This document shows, piece by piece, positions 10,581 through 20,350 of a stretch of 64,000 bases of DNA. The stretch's first letter is position 1, and every line of letters begins with the position of its first letter. The DNA comes from an uncultured delta proteobacterium (lineage in GTDB: Bacteria > Myxococcota > Myxococcia > Myxococcales > Myxococcaceae), in contig CAWCKH010000003.1 in the NCBI GenBank assembly GCA_963796055.1, positions 128,001 to 192,000 on the forward strand, given 5' to 3'. Both the position numbers and the translations under genes were made by a program. Below the pieces are notes generated by a model. The model was not told the origin of the DNA and did no database searches. It worked only from the letters and a program-made list of their open reading frames with translations.

Positions 10581-11977
10581 CGGCGGTGCTCCTGCTCCTG
10601 CTCGCGGCGACCGACCCGTGCACGGCGCCAATCCCCTCCGGCGCGGGGAACCCGGCCGAGGCGGAGATTTACCTGCGCGTCGGCGATGCCGAGCGCGCCC
10701 GCGGGAACCTCGGGGCGGCCCGCGAGGCGTACCGCGCGGCGCTGACCCGCGCTCCCGGATCGGTGGAGGCACGGCGCGGCCTCGAGGCGACCTGCGCTCC
10801 GGCGGCGGACCCGTTCCAGGCAGCGGCGGACGCGCTCCAGGACGGCGACCCCGAACGGGCGCTCCGCGAGCTGGCCGCAGCGCGGGGGCGCGGGAACGAC
10901 CGGGCGGTCGACCTGCTCGAGGGCATCGCCCACTACCAGCTCGGCGAGGACGGCACCGCCGTCCCGCTCCTCGAGTCCGCCCGGACCGACCCGGCCCTCG
11001 CCGAGTCGGCCTCGTTCTTCCTCGGCCTCATCGCTCTTCGCCGCGGCGACGGGGACCGGGCCAGCCGCCTCTTCGATCAGGCGGGCCGGGCGCTGGGCCT
11101 CGAGGATGCCGCGCGCCAGCTCGCGCGCATGGGGCAGCAGGAGGGCCACCTGGTCCTCTCTGCGCTCGCCGAGGTGGTGTACGACACCAACGTCGCGCTC
11201 CGGCCCGACGGCGCGCCCACCACCCTCCCCGGGCCGGACGGAAGCGTCGGACTGACCCTGGCAGGGCTGCTCCGCCCATGGGGCACGCCCGGCCCGTACC
11301 TCCGGGTCGAGGGCCAGTTCTCCAAGCAATTCACCCTCAGCCAGCTGGACCTCCTCGGCGGGGCGGCGGCGCTGGGGCTGCGGCTGCTGGGGCCGACCGG
11401 CAGCCTCACCGGCGAATACGCCTACACCTACCAGGCGCTCGATGGCCGCGGGTACCTCGCTGACCACCGTCTCTTCCTGGGCGGATCCCTCCTGACCGGC
11501 ATGTTCCTCTGGGGCGCCGCGTACGCCGCGCACTTCGAGACCTACCGCTGGGAGGCACTGAGCGATCAGTCCGGGGTGCGGCAGGTGCTGGAGCTGGATG
11601 CGGGGCTCCTTCCGGGCGGGGGCGTCCGGCTCACCGCCGGCTACGCCGGGACCTGGGACGCAGCCCGGGTGGAAAACCTCTCCTACCTCGAGCACGGGCC
11701 CATCCTCGAGCTGGTCTGGGCGCGGGGTCCGTGGACACTCGGGGCGCGGGGAGCAATCGCCTGGCGGCCGTACCTGGCCCCGGACCCGGCCTACAACGGG
11801 GCGACCCGCGAGGACACCCGCTACGGCGCGACGACCTGGATCGACCTGGGTCTGGGCGCGCAGTGGTCGGTGCGTGGAACGGTGCGGCTGCTCCGGGTGG
11901 ACTCGAACGTCCCGGATCTGAACGCGACCGAGTGGGTCTTCATCGGGAGCATGGCCTGGACGGGGGCGGTGCTCTGA
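10577..11977 (+). CDS. TPR-domain protein with a C-terminal outer-membrane beta-barrel-like region
   Basis: ATGA overlap with the upstream gene; signal-like start; several TPRs; then YDTNV and alternating aromatic beta-strands ending RVDSN...WVFIGSMAW. Confidence 0.75.
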   Translation: MTAVLLLLLAATDPCTAPIPSGAGNPAEAEIYLRVGDAERARGNLGAAREAYRAALTRAPGSVEARRGLEATCAPAADPFQAAADALQDGDPERALRELAAARGRGNDRAVDLLEGIAHYQLGEDGTAVPLLESARTDPALAESASFFLGLIALRRGDGDRASRLFDQAGRALGLEDAARQLARMGQQEGHLVLSALAEVVYDTNVALRPDGAPTTLPGPDGSVGLTLAGLLRPWGTPGPYLRVEGQFSKQFTLSQLDLLGGAAALGLRLLGPTGSLTGEYAYTYQALDGRGYLADHRLFLGGSLLTGMFLWGAAYAAHFETYRWEALSDQSGVRQVLELDAGLLPGGGVRLTAGYAGTWDAARVENLSYLEHGPILELVWARGPWTLGARGAIAWRPYLAPDPAYNGATREDTRYGATTWIDLGLGAQWSVRGTVRLLRVDSNVPDLNATEWVFIGSMAWTGAVL

Positions 11978-13227
11978 TGCGTCGCGCGCTGCTGCCAGTC
12001 GTGCTCGCGGTGCTCGGCCTCGCCGGCGCGGGCCTGGCTACCCTCAGCCTTCACCGGGCGGCCTCGAGCGCGCTCCAGCGGGCGACCGAGGAGCGCCTTC
12101 GCGGCGCCGGCGCCACCGCAGCCCGGACCCTGGAGCAGCCCGGGTTCCAGCCCGACGCCGGCTGGCTCCGCTCGGTGGTCGAGGCCAACGGGCTCGAGGG
12201 CGCGCTGCTGCTCGATGCGCGCCTCCACGTGGTGCTGGATCCGCTGGGGGCCGCCGACCGGCCGGTGGACCTGCTGCGGATCGACGCCGGGCGAGTCCGG
12301 CGCGCCCTGGCCGGTGAGCCCAGCCTCTCGCTGGGGTGGGCGATCGGCGAGGCCCGGGTGGCCTCTGCCTACCTCCCGGTGCGGCGTGCGGGAACGCTCG
12401 ACCGCGTCCTGGTGCTGGAAGGTGGAGAGGCCTACGCAGCCCGGCAGGCGGACCTCGACCGGGCGCTCCATCTTGGCTGGCTCCTGAGCGCCTGCGCCGC
12501 GGTGCTGACCGGGCTGGTGGCCGCGGGCTGGGCGGCGGCCGAGCGTCGACAGCGCGCGCTCGCCACCCGCGCGGCCCGGGGCGCCGCGGTGGCGCAGCTC
12601 GCGGCGACGGTGGCGCACGAGGTGCGCAACCCGCTGGGCGTCATCCGCGGCACGGTGGAGCTGATGGGCGAGCGCGGCCGCGGGCGATTCGCCGAGCGCG
12701 ACGCCGAGGCCCTGGAGGACATCCTCGGCGAGGTGGCGCGGCTCCGGAGGCTGACCGACGACTTCCTCGATCTCTCCAGCGACCGGCCGCTGGCCGGCGT
12801 CGATCTGGAAGTCGCCTCCTTCCTCGAGGAGGCCGCCCGCGCCGGCCGCGCCGCGACCGGCCTGGCCATCGAGGTCGACGCGCCGCCCGGGCTCCACGTC
12901 CGGGGTGACGGCGGGCGGCTCCGGCAGGTGTTCCTCAACCTGCTCGCCAACGCGGCGCGCGCGGGGGCGCACCGGGTACGGATCCAGACGGCGGCAGACG
13001 GGGCCCGGATCCACCTCCGGATTTCCGACGACGGACCCGGCATCCCCGAGGCGATCCGCCCACGGCTCTTCGAGCCCTTCGCCACCACCCGGCAGGACGG
13101 CAACGGGCTGGGGCTGGCGGTGAGCCGGCGCATCGTGGAGCGCCACGGGGGGAGCCTGGCGCTCCTGCCCGCCGGCCCGGGGGCGACCTTCCGCATCGAG
13201 CTGCCGCGCGCAGAGGAGAACGGCTGA
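11977..13227 (+). CDS. Membrane sensor histidine kinase
   Basis: Two TM segments, H-box AHEVRNPL, N-box LNLLANA, DDGPGI, F-box LFEPF, GNGLGLA. Confidence 0.93.
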   Translation: MRRALLPVVLAVLGLAGAGLATLSLHRAASSALQRATEERLRGAGATAARTLEQPGFQPDAGWLRSVVEANGLEGALLLDARLHVVLDPLGAADRPVDLLRIDAGRVRRALAGEPSLSLGWAIGEARVASAYLPVRRAGTLDRVLVLEGGEAYAARQADLDRALHLGWLLSACAAVLTGLVAAGWAAAERRQRALATRAARGAAVAQLAATVAHEVRNPLGVIRGTVELMGERGRGRFAERDAEALEDILGEVARLRRLTDDFLDLSSDRPLAGVDLEVASFLEEAARAGRAATGLAIEVDAPPGLHVRGDGGRLRQVFLNLLANAARAGAHRVRIQTAADGARIHLRISDDGPGIPEAIRPRLFEPFATTRQDGNGLGLAVSRRIVERHGGSLALLPAGPGATFRIELPRAEENG

Positions 13228-14567
13228 TGGGTGACATCCTCGTGGTGGACGACGAGCCGAAGCTGGGGAAGCTGGTGGCGGAGATGCTCGAGCTGGACGG
13301 GCACCACGTCCAGCGGGTGGGGGGCGGCAAGGACGCGCTCTCGGCCATGGCCACCTTTTCGATGGACGTGGTGGTGACCGATCTCCGGATGCCGGAGGTG
13401 GATGGGCTGGCGGTGCTGGCCGCGGCGGTGAGGCAGATCGACCCGCCCGACGTGGTGCTGATGACCGGGCACGCGAGCACCGAGAGCGCGGTGGAGGCGA
13501 TGAAGCGCGGCGCGGCGGACTACCTCTCCAAGCCGTTCTCGATGGACGAGCTCCGGGTGCGGGTGAAGCGGCTCTGCGAGCAGCGCGTCCTGCGCCGGCG
13601 ATCCTCGGCGCTGGTGGAGCGGTTGACCCCATCCCTGATCGGGGACAGCCCGGCGATGGCCGCCACGCTCGAGGCGGCCATGCGTGTGGCGCCGACCGCG
13701 ACCACCGTCCTGCTCCTCGGCGAGAGCGGGACGGGCAAGAGCCAGATCGCCCGCCGCATCCACTACGCCAGCGCGGTCTCCACCGGGCCTCTGGTGGAGG
13801 TGCATTGCGCGGCGCTCCCGGAGGCACTGCTGGAGTCCGAGCTCTTCGGGCACGAGAAGGGGGCGTTCACCGGGGCGCAGCTGCGTCGCCTCGGCCACCT
13901 CGCTGCCGCCGAGGGAGGCACCCTGTTCCTAGACGAGATCGGGGAGATCACGGCCGCGACGCAGGTGAAGCTGCTCCGGTTCTTGCAGGACCGGGTGTAC
14001 GTTCCGCTGGGCAGCACCACGGAGCGGACGGCGAACGTGCGGGTCATCGCCGCCACCAACCGCGACCTCAAGGCGGCGGTCACCGCGGGCACCTTTCGCG
14101 AGGACCTGTACTACCGGCTGAACGTCTTCAGCATCGTGGTTCCGCCACTCAGGGAGCGTGCCGAGGACGTGCTCCCGCTGGCGATCCGCTTCCTCGCCTC
14201 GCGCGGCGTGCCGGAGGAGCGGCTGTCCGCCGGCGCGCGGGCGCGGCTCGAGCTGCATACCTGGCCGGGGAACGTCCGCGAGCTGGAGAACGCGCTGGAG
14301 CGGGCGCTGATCCTCGCCGGGGACGCACCCATCGGGCCCGAGCACCTGACGCTCGGAACGGCTCCCCGCAGCCGGAACGTCGTCGCGGACCTCCTGGTCC
14401 CCGGGTTCGACCTGGACGGCTTCGAGCGCGAGCTGATGCAGGCCGCGATGGAGCGGGCCGGCGGAAACAAGAGCGCCGCGGCCCGGCTGCTGGGCATCAC
14501 CCGACGGAGGCTCTACTCGCGCCTGGACAGCCTGGCGGCGCAGGAAGACGGCGAGAGCGAGGACTGA
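13227..14567 (+). CDS. NtrC-family sigma54-dependent response regulator
   Basis: Receiver (VVDDE, TDLRMP), GESGTGKS, ESELFGHEKGAFTGA, LFLDEIGE, WPGNVRELEN, Fis-type HTH. Confidence 0.95.
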   Translation: MGDILVVDDEPKLGKLVAEMLELDGHHVQRVGGGKDALSAMATFSMDVVVTDLRMPEVDGLAVLAAAVRQIDPPDVVLMTGHASTESAVEAMKRGAADYLSKPFSMDELRVRVKRLCEQRVLRRRSSALVERLTPSLIGDSPAMAATLEAAMRVAPTATTVLLLGESGTGKSQIARRIHYASAVSTGPLVEVHCAALPEALLESELFGHEKGAFTGAQLRRLGHLAAAEGGTLFLDEIGEITAATQVKLLRFLQDRVYVPLGSTTERTANVRVIAATNRDLKAAVTAGTFREDLYYRLNVFSIVVPPLRERAEDVLPLAIRFLASRGVPEERLSAGARARLELHTWPGNVRELENALERALILAGDAPIGPEHLTLGTAPRSRNVVADLLVPGFDLDGFERELMQAAMERAGGNKSAAARLLGITRRRLYSRLDSLAAQEDGESED

Positions 14568-14581
14568 GGGGAGCGGACAGA

Positions 14582-15058
14582 TCAGCCCGCCCGCCCGAGC
14601 AGCTCGTCCTTCCAGCGTTCCAGCAGGCGCTCCGAGCGGGGGCCGCTGGCATTGACCACCAGCGCCCGGGTGTCCTCGGCGGGCTCCTCGAGGAGGATCC
14701 GCAGGGCATCCGGCGGCGCGGCCCCGGGCACGCGGTCCACCCACTCCACCAGCGTGGCCCCCGGCCCGTCGCGCAGCTCGTGGAACCCGGTGCCGTCGAG
14801 GTCGGCCGGGCCGGTGAGCCGGTACAGGTCGGCGTGGGTGAGGACGATGCGACCGTGGTGCTGGTGCACGATGGAGAACGTCGGGCTGGTCACGTCCTCG
14901 TCGCGGAGGCCCACCCCTCGGGCGACGCCGCGCGCGAGCTCGGTCTTGCCCGCCCCCAGCTCGCCGACCAGACCGACGAAGTCACCGTCCTGCAACACCC
15001 GCCCGAGCGCCTCGCCCAGGGCGCGCGTCTCGGCCGGGGACGACGAGGAGAAGGTCAC
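14582..15058 (-). CDS. tsaE: tRNA threonylcarbamoyladenosine biosynthesis ATPase TsaE
   Basis: GELGAGKT, VTSPTFSI, HADLYRL, VEW; GTGA overlap with nnr (start could be 15067 or 15076). Confidence 0.92.
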   Translation of the reverse strand: MTFSSSSPAETRALGEALGRVLQDGDFVGLVGELGAGKTELARGVARGVGLRDEDVTSPTFSIVHQHHGRIVLTHADLYRLTGPADLDGTGFHELRDGPGATLVEWVDRVPGAAPPDALRILLEEPAEDTRALVVNASGPRSERLLERWKDELLGRAG

Positions 15059-16566
15059 CGTCCCCACGCGGTCCACACCTCGCCGAGCGCCGCCGTCAGG
15101 TCCGACGCGATGAGCCCCAGCCGTCCCCAGCGGCGTGCTGCCACATCTCCCGCCAGCCCGTGCGCGAGCACCCCCATGCTCGCCGCGTCGACGGGAGCGA
15201 GCCCCTGCGCGAGGAAGGCGCCGATCATCCCCGAGAGCACGTCCCCGGTCCCCCCGGTGGCCATTCCGGGATTGCCGGTGGGGTTGATGCGAGCCTGCCC
15301 TGCGGGGTCGGCGACCACGGTCCGCGCGCCCTTGAGCACCACCACCGCACGGTTCTCCCGGGCGAAGCCGGTGGCGGTGCCGAGGCGGTCCTCCTGGATC
15401 TCCCGGACGGACCTCCCGGCGAGGCGCGCCATCTCTCCGGGATGCGGGGTCAGGACCACGGGCGCACGGCGCCGCTGGAGGAGCTCGGCGTGCCCGGCGA
15501 TCGCGTTGAGCCCGTCGGCGTCGATGAGCACCGGAACCTCGAGGCGGAGGAGGAGCTCGCCGAGGAGCAGATGCGTGTCCGGACCGCGGGGAATGCCGGG
15601 TCCGATGACCAGCGCGTGCTTGCCCTCGGCGGCGGCCAGGAGCACGTCGAGGTGGGTGGGCCCCAGGACGGCGGCGGCGGGGAGCGCCACCCCCATCAGC
15701 TCGGGCGCGTGGCCCTGGACGTCCGACAGCGCGTCGGCGGGCGTGGCCACGGTGCACAGCCCGACGCCGCTCCGCAGGGCCGCGAGCCCGGCGAGCGCGG
15801 CTGCCCCGGTCTTCCCGCGACTCCCGGCGACGACCAGGAGGTGTCCGTAGGTGCCCTTGTTGGTGTCGGAGCGGCGCGGGGGGAGCCAACGCGGCCCGTC
15901 CGACGACTCGAGCAGCCAGGTGGAGGGCGTGAGCGCAGCGAGCCCGATGTCGACCACCTCGATGCATCCGGCCAGCGTGGCGCCGGGCTCGAGCGCCAGC
16001 CCGAGCTTCGGGGCGCCGAACGTGACGGTGAGGTCGGCGGCGACGCAGGGGTCAAACGCTCGCCCGGTGTCGCTCGAGAGTCCGGAAGGGAGGTCGACGG
16101 CAAGCACGCGGACGCCCTCGGCGTGCCAGCGGAGCATGGCCCGGATCGCGTCGGCGGCGTCGCCCTCCGGCGCGCGGGCGAGGCCGGTCCCGAACAGCGC
16201 GTCGATGACCACGTCACCCGGTCGGAGCGGCATCGCCGCCGCGGAGGAGTGAATGGGCACCCCACTCTGCTCGGCCGCCGCGTGGTTCCGGGCGGCATCC
16301 CCTTTCAGTCGAGCGGCGTCGCCCACCCGCCAGACGTCCACCTGGCGGCCCAGGGCACGGAGCTTTCGTGCCGCGACGTAGCCGTCCCCGCCGTTATTTC
16401 CCGGGCCGGCGGCGACCAGGAACCGGGCGCCCATCCCGGCGAGCTCCATCGCCGCGTCGGCGACGGCGGTCCCGGCGTTCTCCATCAGGATCGACGCCGG
16501 TAGACCACGGCGCTCGGCCTCGGCCTCGGCGGCGCGCGTCTCGGCGGCGGTCAGGAGCGGCTGCAT
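15055..16566 (-). CDS. nnr: Bifunctional NAD(P)H-hydrate epimerase/dehydratase
   Basis: LMENAG, GPGNNGGDG, DALFGTGL, VDLPSG, NKGTYGH, IDADGLN, LTPHPGEMARL, GGTGDVLSG. Confidence 0.95.
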   Translation of the reverse strand: MQPLLTAAETRAAEAEAERRGLPASILMENAGTAVADAAMELAGMGARFLVAAGPGNNGGDGYVAARKLRALGRQVDVWRVGDAARLKGDAARNHAAAEQSGVPIHSSAAAMPLRPGDVVIDALFGTGLARAPEGDAADAIRAMLRWHAEGVRVLAVDLPSGLSSDTGRAFDPCVAADLTVTFGAPKLGLALEPGATLAGCIEVVDIGLAALTPSTWLLESSDGPRWLPPRRSDTNKGTYGHLLVVAGSRGKTGAAALAGLAALRSGVGLCTVATPADALSDVQGHAPELMGVALPAAAVLGPTHLDVLLAAAEGKHALVIGPGIPRGPDTHLLLGELLLRLEVPVLIDADGLNAIAGHAELLQRRRAPVVLTPHPGEMARLAGRSVREIQEDRLGTATGFARENRAVVVLKGARTVVADPAGQARINPTGNPGMATGGTGDVLSGMIGAFLAQGLAPVDAASMGVLAHGLAGDVAARRWGRLGLIASDLTAALGEVWTAWGR

Positions 16567-16639
16567 CTGACTCCGAGCGTGCAGCCGAAGCCGCGCAGCC
16601 GCAAGTTCAGTGGGGGTCGGCTGCGGCCCCAACTCGGGG

Positions 16640-17294
16640 TCGGGGGACCGATCCGGGTCCACCGGGCGCCGAATCCCTTCGTGAAGCAGGAGCGAACGAC
16701 TCTCAGCATTGCGATCGCCGATCCCTACGCCTCCACCCGCCACCTGCCGCTGAGGTCCATTGCCAGCGGGTTCGTCGTCGTGGACGAGGGGTCGACCAGC
16801 GGGACCTTCGTCGACGGACAGCGGCTTGCGCCGGGCGAGGAGCGTGCGGTGGAGGCCGGGATCCTCGAGGTTGGGTCACACCTTCTTTCACCTCCGCGCC
16901 GACGTCCGTGGCACGCGCGACCTCATCACCGCCCCGGGGGCTGGAGCGCGTCCGCTTCGAGCTCGACGCGCTGCGGATGGTGTTGCTCCATTCCTGGCCG
17001 CTCAACGTGCGTGAGCTGCGGCGAACGGTCCTCGCCGCAGTCGATCTCTCCGATCCGGAGGACGACGGGGCCGTGATCATCGGGCCCCGGCACCTTCCGG
17101 CGGCGCTGGAGCGCTCGGCGCCTGTTCCTGTCCCCGCACTCTCGGACCAGGACCGGGAGCTCCGGGATCGGCTGGTCGCGCTGCTCGCCCGGCACCGCGG
17201 CAACGTGGCCGCGGTGGCGCGTGACCTCGGGACGGCGCGCACCCGCGTCCAGCGACTCATGGCCCCCTTCCGGGTCCAGCGCCCGGGCGACTGA
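16640..17294 (+). pseudogene. Decayed FHA-domain sigma54 activator (FHA remnant plus C-terminal AAA lid and HTH)
   Basis: FHA motifs (ASTRH, VVDEGSTSGTFVDG), a frameshift near 16870 (LGHTFFHLR in another frame), then HSWPLNVREL and RHRGNVAAVARDLG in a third frame; Walker A, GAFTGA and Walker B are missing. The 5' boundary is approximate. Confidence 0.75.
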
Positions 17295-17404
17295 GCGGAC
17301 TCGCCTCGAAAGTGCCGGGGCGCCCGAGGGCGCCCGCCCGGCGCCCAGGCGCGGCGCTCGAGCGGTTCGCAGGGGTTTCCAGGGCTTTCTGCTTCCCGGC
17401 GCCT

Positions 17405-17420
17405 GGGCACGCACGTTGCT
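17405..17420 (+). promoter_or_regulatory. Sigma54 promoter for the di-heme protein gene
   Basis: GGGCACGCACGTTGCT (GG-N10-GC), 60 nt upstream of an ATG that has a GGAGGAG RBS. Confidence 0.65.
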
Positions 17421-17480
17421 CACGGACGCGGTCGAGCGTGCGCCCGAGCACCGAGGCGCGCGCGAACTCCTCGGGAGGAG

Positions 17481-18992
17481 ATGACCATGCCGCAGTTCCT
17501 GGAGCTCGGACACCGCGGTGCCATTCGCGGCCGTACCCTGTCGATCGCCGCGGGCCTGGTGCTCGCTGCCGGCCTGCTGGTACCGCGCGCGGCGCGGGCC
17601 GCTGATCCAGCGGGTGGGCCTCTCTCGTCGCTGTCGGGGGTGCACGACCCGGGTCCACGCGGCGGGTCCCCGGGAGCGGGCGGTCATCTGCCCGGGCTGA
17701 CGGCCAGCGAGATCGCGCTGTTCAACGAGGGGCTCTTCCGCGCCTCGGAGCTGGAGGCGACCTGCGATTCGTGTAGCGACGTCCCGCCCGGCACTCCCAT
17801 CCCGCCGGGCTCCCCGCCGGACACCACGAACTCCGCGGGCCTCGGGGGCCGGTTCAACTCGGACCAGTGCCTCGCCTGCCACTCCCATCCCGCGCCGGGT
17901 GGCACCTCTCCAGCGGTGAACCCGTCGTTCGCGATTGCCCGCCACAAGGGAGCGACCAACCGAGTGCCCTTCTTCGAGACGATGGACGGGCCGACCCGCG
18001 AGGTGCGCTTCCTGTTCAAGGAGAACGGCACCCGCGACGGTTCGGTGCACCAGAAGTTCACCGTCGCCGGGCGTTCGGACGCGCCGAACTGCAAGCTCGC
18101 CCAGCCGGACTTCGAGCGCGCCGCGGTGGTGAACGGGCTCGGGTTCCGGATCCCTACGCCGCTCTTCGGCCTGGGGCTCGTCGACTCGATCCCCGATCAG
18201 GAGATCCTGGCTCACCTCGCCTCGAACCCGGAGCGAAAGCAGCGGCTCGGCGTCCACGGAACGCCGAACCGGGCGACCAACAACGCCACCATCGGTCGGT
18301 TCGGATGGAAGGCGCAGAACGCGTCGATCACCGTCTTTGCCGGCGAGGCCTACAACGTGGAGATGGGCATCACCAACGAGCTGTTCCCGATCTCCAAGAC
18401 CGAGGACGAGACCTGCAACCTCGGGGCGGAGCCCAACGACGTGACCCGGGTGGAGGATGGCAAGTTCAACGACCCGCTCGAGGTAATGGCCGACTGGGTG
18501 ATGTTCTCGCTCTTCACCAGATTCCTCGATGCGCCTCAGCCGGCCGACCTGAGCCCTGCGGCCCGCCACGGAGCCCGGCTGTTCGAGGAGGTCGGATGCA
18601 GCGAGTGCCACGTGCCGAGCATGAAGACCCGCCCGGCCCCGCTGGGACCGCTCTCCTCGGCCCTCGCCGGCAAGACGGTGAACCTCTTCTCCGACCTGGT
18701 CCTGCACCACATGGGCTCGAACCTCGCGGACAACGTGATCCAGGGGGACGCCGGACCGGACATGTTCCGCACGTCGCCACTCTGGGGGGTGGGGCAGCGG
18801 CTCTTCTTCCTGCACGACGGACGAACCCGGGACCTCCAGAGCGCGATCCGCGCCCACTACTCCCCGGCCTCCGCCGCGCACGGGCGTGACCCCGCCTATC
18901 CGGCGAGCGAGGCCAACCAGGTGGTGATCGACTACTTCCGCCTCCCCGCGAGCCACCAGCACGACGTGCTGGAATTCCTCCGGTCGCTCTGA
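17481..18992 (+). CDS. Exported di-heme oxidoreductase family protein (DHOR/DUF1111-like)
   Basis: Signal peptide, GLGGRFN..CLACH, PLFGLGL, GRFGWKA, EMGIT, GCSECH, FSDLVLHHMG, FRTSPLWG, LHDGR. Confidence 0.85.
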   Translation: MTMPQFLELGHRGAIRGRTLSIAAGLVLAAGLLVPRAARAADPAGGPLSSLSGVHDPGPRGGSPGAGGHLPGLTASEIALFNEGLFRASELEATCDSCSDVPPGTPIPPGSPPDTTNSAGLGGRFNSDQCLACHSHPAPGGTSPAVNPSFAIARHKGATNRVPFFETMDGPTREVRFLFKENGTRDGSVHQKFTVAGRSDAPNCKLAQPDFERAAVVNGLGFRIPTPLFGLGLVDSIPDQEILAHLASNPERKQRLGVHGTPNRATNNATIGRFGWKAQNASITVFAGEAYNVEMGITNELFPISKTEDETCNLGAEPNDVTRVEDGKFNDPLEVMADWVMFSLFTRFLDAPQPADLSPAARHGARLFEEVGCSECHVPSMKTRPAPLGPLSSALAGKTVNLFSDLVLHHMGSNLADNVIQGDAGPDMFRTSPLWGVGQRLFFLHDGRTRDLQSAIRAHYSPASAAHGRDPAYPASEANQVVIDYFRLPASHQHDVLEFLRSL

Positions 18993-19051
18993 GAGTCGAG
19001 AACGACGGCCCGGGTGCAGTCCGCGCCCCGGGCCCGCCCTCGTCGAGTGCC

Positions 19052-19429
19052 TCACCCTGCGTCGAGCACCACGGTCGCCGCAGCCACGCCGGCGTCGTGA
19101 CTCAGCGCGAGCAGCACCCGTGCGCGTCGGCCCGAGACCTCACGGGCCGCGACCCCCGTGAGCACGAACCCCGGTACGCCGTTCGCCGCCTTGACCACTT
19201 CCATGTCGCGCCAGCGGAGTCCCACCGGTGCGCCCAGCGCCTTGACCAGCGCTTCCTTGGCCGCGAACCGCGCCGCGTACGCCGTCGCCTTGTCACTCCG
19301 CCCGTCGCAGGTCGCGATCTCCGCCGGAGTGTAGACCCGCTCGCGAAAGCGTGCGCCGTTCGGGCCGTCGAGCACCCGGGCGATCCGCTCCACCGAGCAG
19401 ACGTCTATTCCCAGGCCGACCACCGCCAT
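19052..19429 (-). CDS. acpS: Holo-[acyl-carrier-protein] synthase
   Basis: GLGIDV, AARFAAKEALVKALG, LSHD. Confidence 0.95.
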   Translation of the reverse strand: MAVVGLGIDVCSVERIARVLDGPNGARFRERVYTPAEIATCDGRSDKATAYAARFAAKEALVKALGAPVGLRWRDMEVVKAANGVPGFVLTGVAAREVSGRRARVLLALSHDAGVAAATVVLDAG

Positions 19430-19431
19430 GC

Positions 19432-20154
19432 TCAGCCGTCCCGCATCAAGGCGACCATGTCCCGCACCGCCCGGTCCATCCCCACCAGCACCGCCCGGGC
19501 GACGATCGCGTGCCCGATGTTCAGCTCGTCGATCTCGGCGATCCGGGCGATGGCCTGGACATTGTCGTAGTTGAGCCCGTGCCCCGCAGCGACTCCGAGG
19601 CCGAGCTTGCTTCCGGCCCGCGCGGCATCCACGACCCGCAGCAGCTCGCGGGCGCGCTCCTTCGCGTTCCGCGCCTCGCAGTACCGCCCGGTGTGCAGCT
19701 CGATCCGGTCCGCTCCGAGCTTGTGCGAGGCCCGCACCGCGTCCAGCTCGGGGTCGATGAACAGGGAGACCACGATGTCGCCGTCCTTGAGGTGCCGGAC
19801 CGCCTGGGACAGCGACTCGCGCTGCCCGGTGACGTCCAGGCCGCCCTCGGTGGTCAGCTCCTCCCGGCGCTCGGGGACGAGGGTGACCAGGTCCGGCTTC
19901 ACCTCGTAGGCGATCTTCACCATCTCCTGGGTGGCTGCCATCTCGAGGTTCAGCAGCGTCTGGCAGGTTTCCCGGAGCAGCTTGAGGTCCCGGTCCTGGA
20001 TGTGGCGGCGGTCCTCGCGGAGGTGGATGGTGATCTGCCCAGCCCCGGCCGCCTCGGCGAGCGCCGCCGCGGTCACCGGGTCCGGGTAGGTTGCGCGGCG
20101 AACCTGCCGCAGCGTGGCCACGTGGTCGACGTTCACGCCGAGTCGCTGTCCCAT
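19432..20154 (-). CDS. pdxJ: Pyridoxine 5'-phosphate synthase
   Basis: [49 protein letters not shown]. Confidence 0.97.
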   Translation of the reverse strand: MGQRLGVNVDHVATLRQVRRATYPDPVTAAALAEAAGAGQITIHLREDRRHIQDRDLKLLRETCQTLLNLEMAATQEMVKIAYEVKPDLVTLVPERREELTTEGGLDVTGQRESLSQAVRHLKDGDIVVSLFIDPELDAVRASHKLGADRIELHTGRYCEARNAKERARELLRVVDAARAGSKLGLGVAAGHGLNYDNVQAIARIAEIDELNIGHAIVARAVLVGMDRAVRDMVALMRDG

Positions 20155-20350
20155 GTGCGGCACGTTCTACCGCAAGCGGGCAACGGATACCGGCGCAGTC
20201 GACGCCTGACCGGCGCCGTACACCTGTTCCCTGGCCCGGACCTACTCCTTCACGACCACCTTGACCCGGCTTCGCGCCGGCCCTTCCAGAACTCGGTGAT
20301 GTCGTGCCACGCAGGCGCGAGCGCCCGCCGCGGGCTCTGCCATCCGGGTG

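Noticed and set aside
20165..20345. Possible gene remnant (WHDITEFWKG / RVKVVVKE*) between glmM and pdxJ
   Set aside because: Too short and split across frames to support a call.
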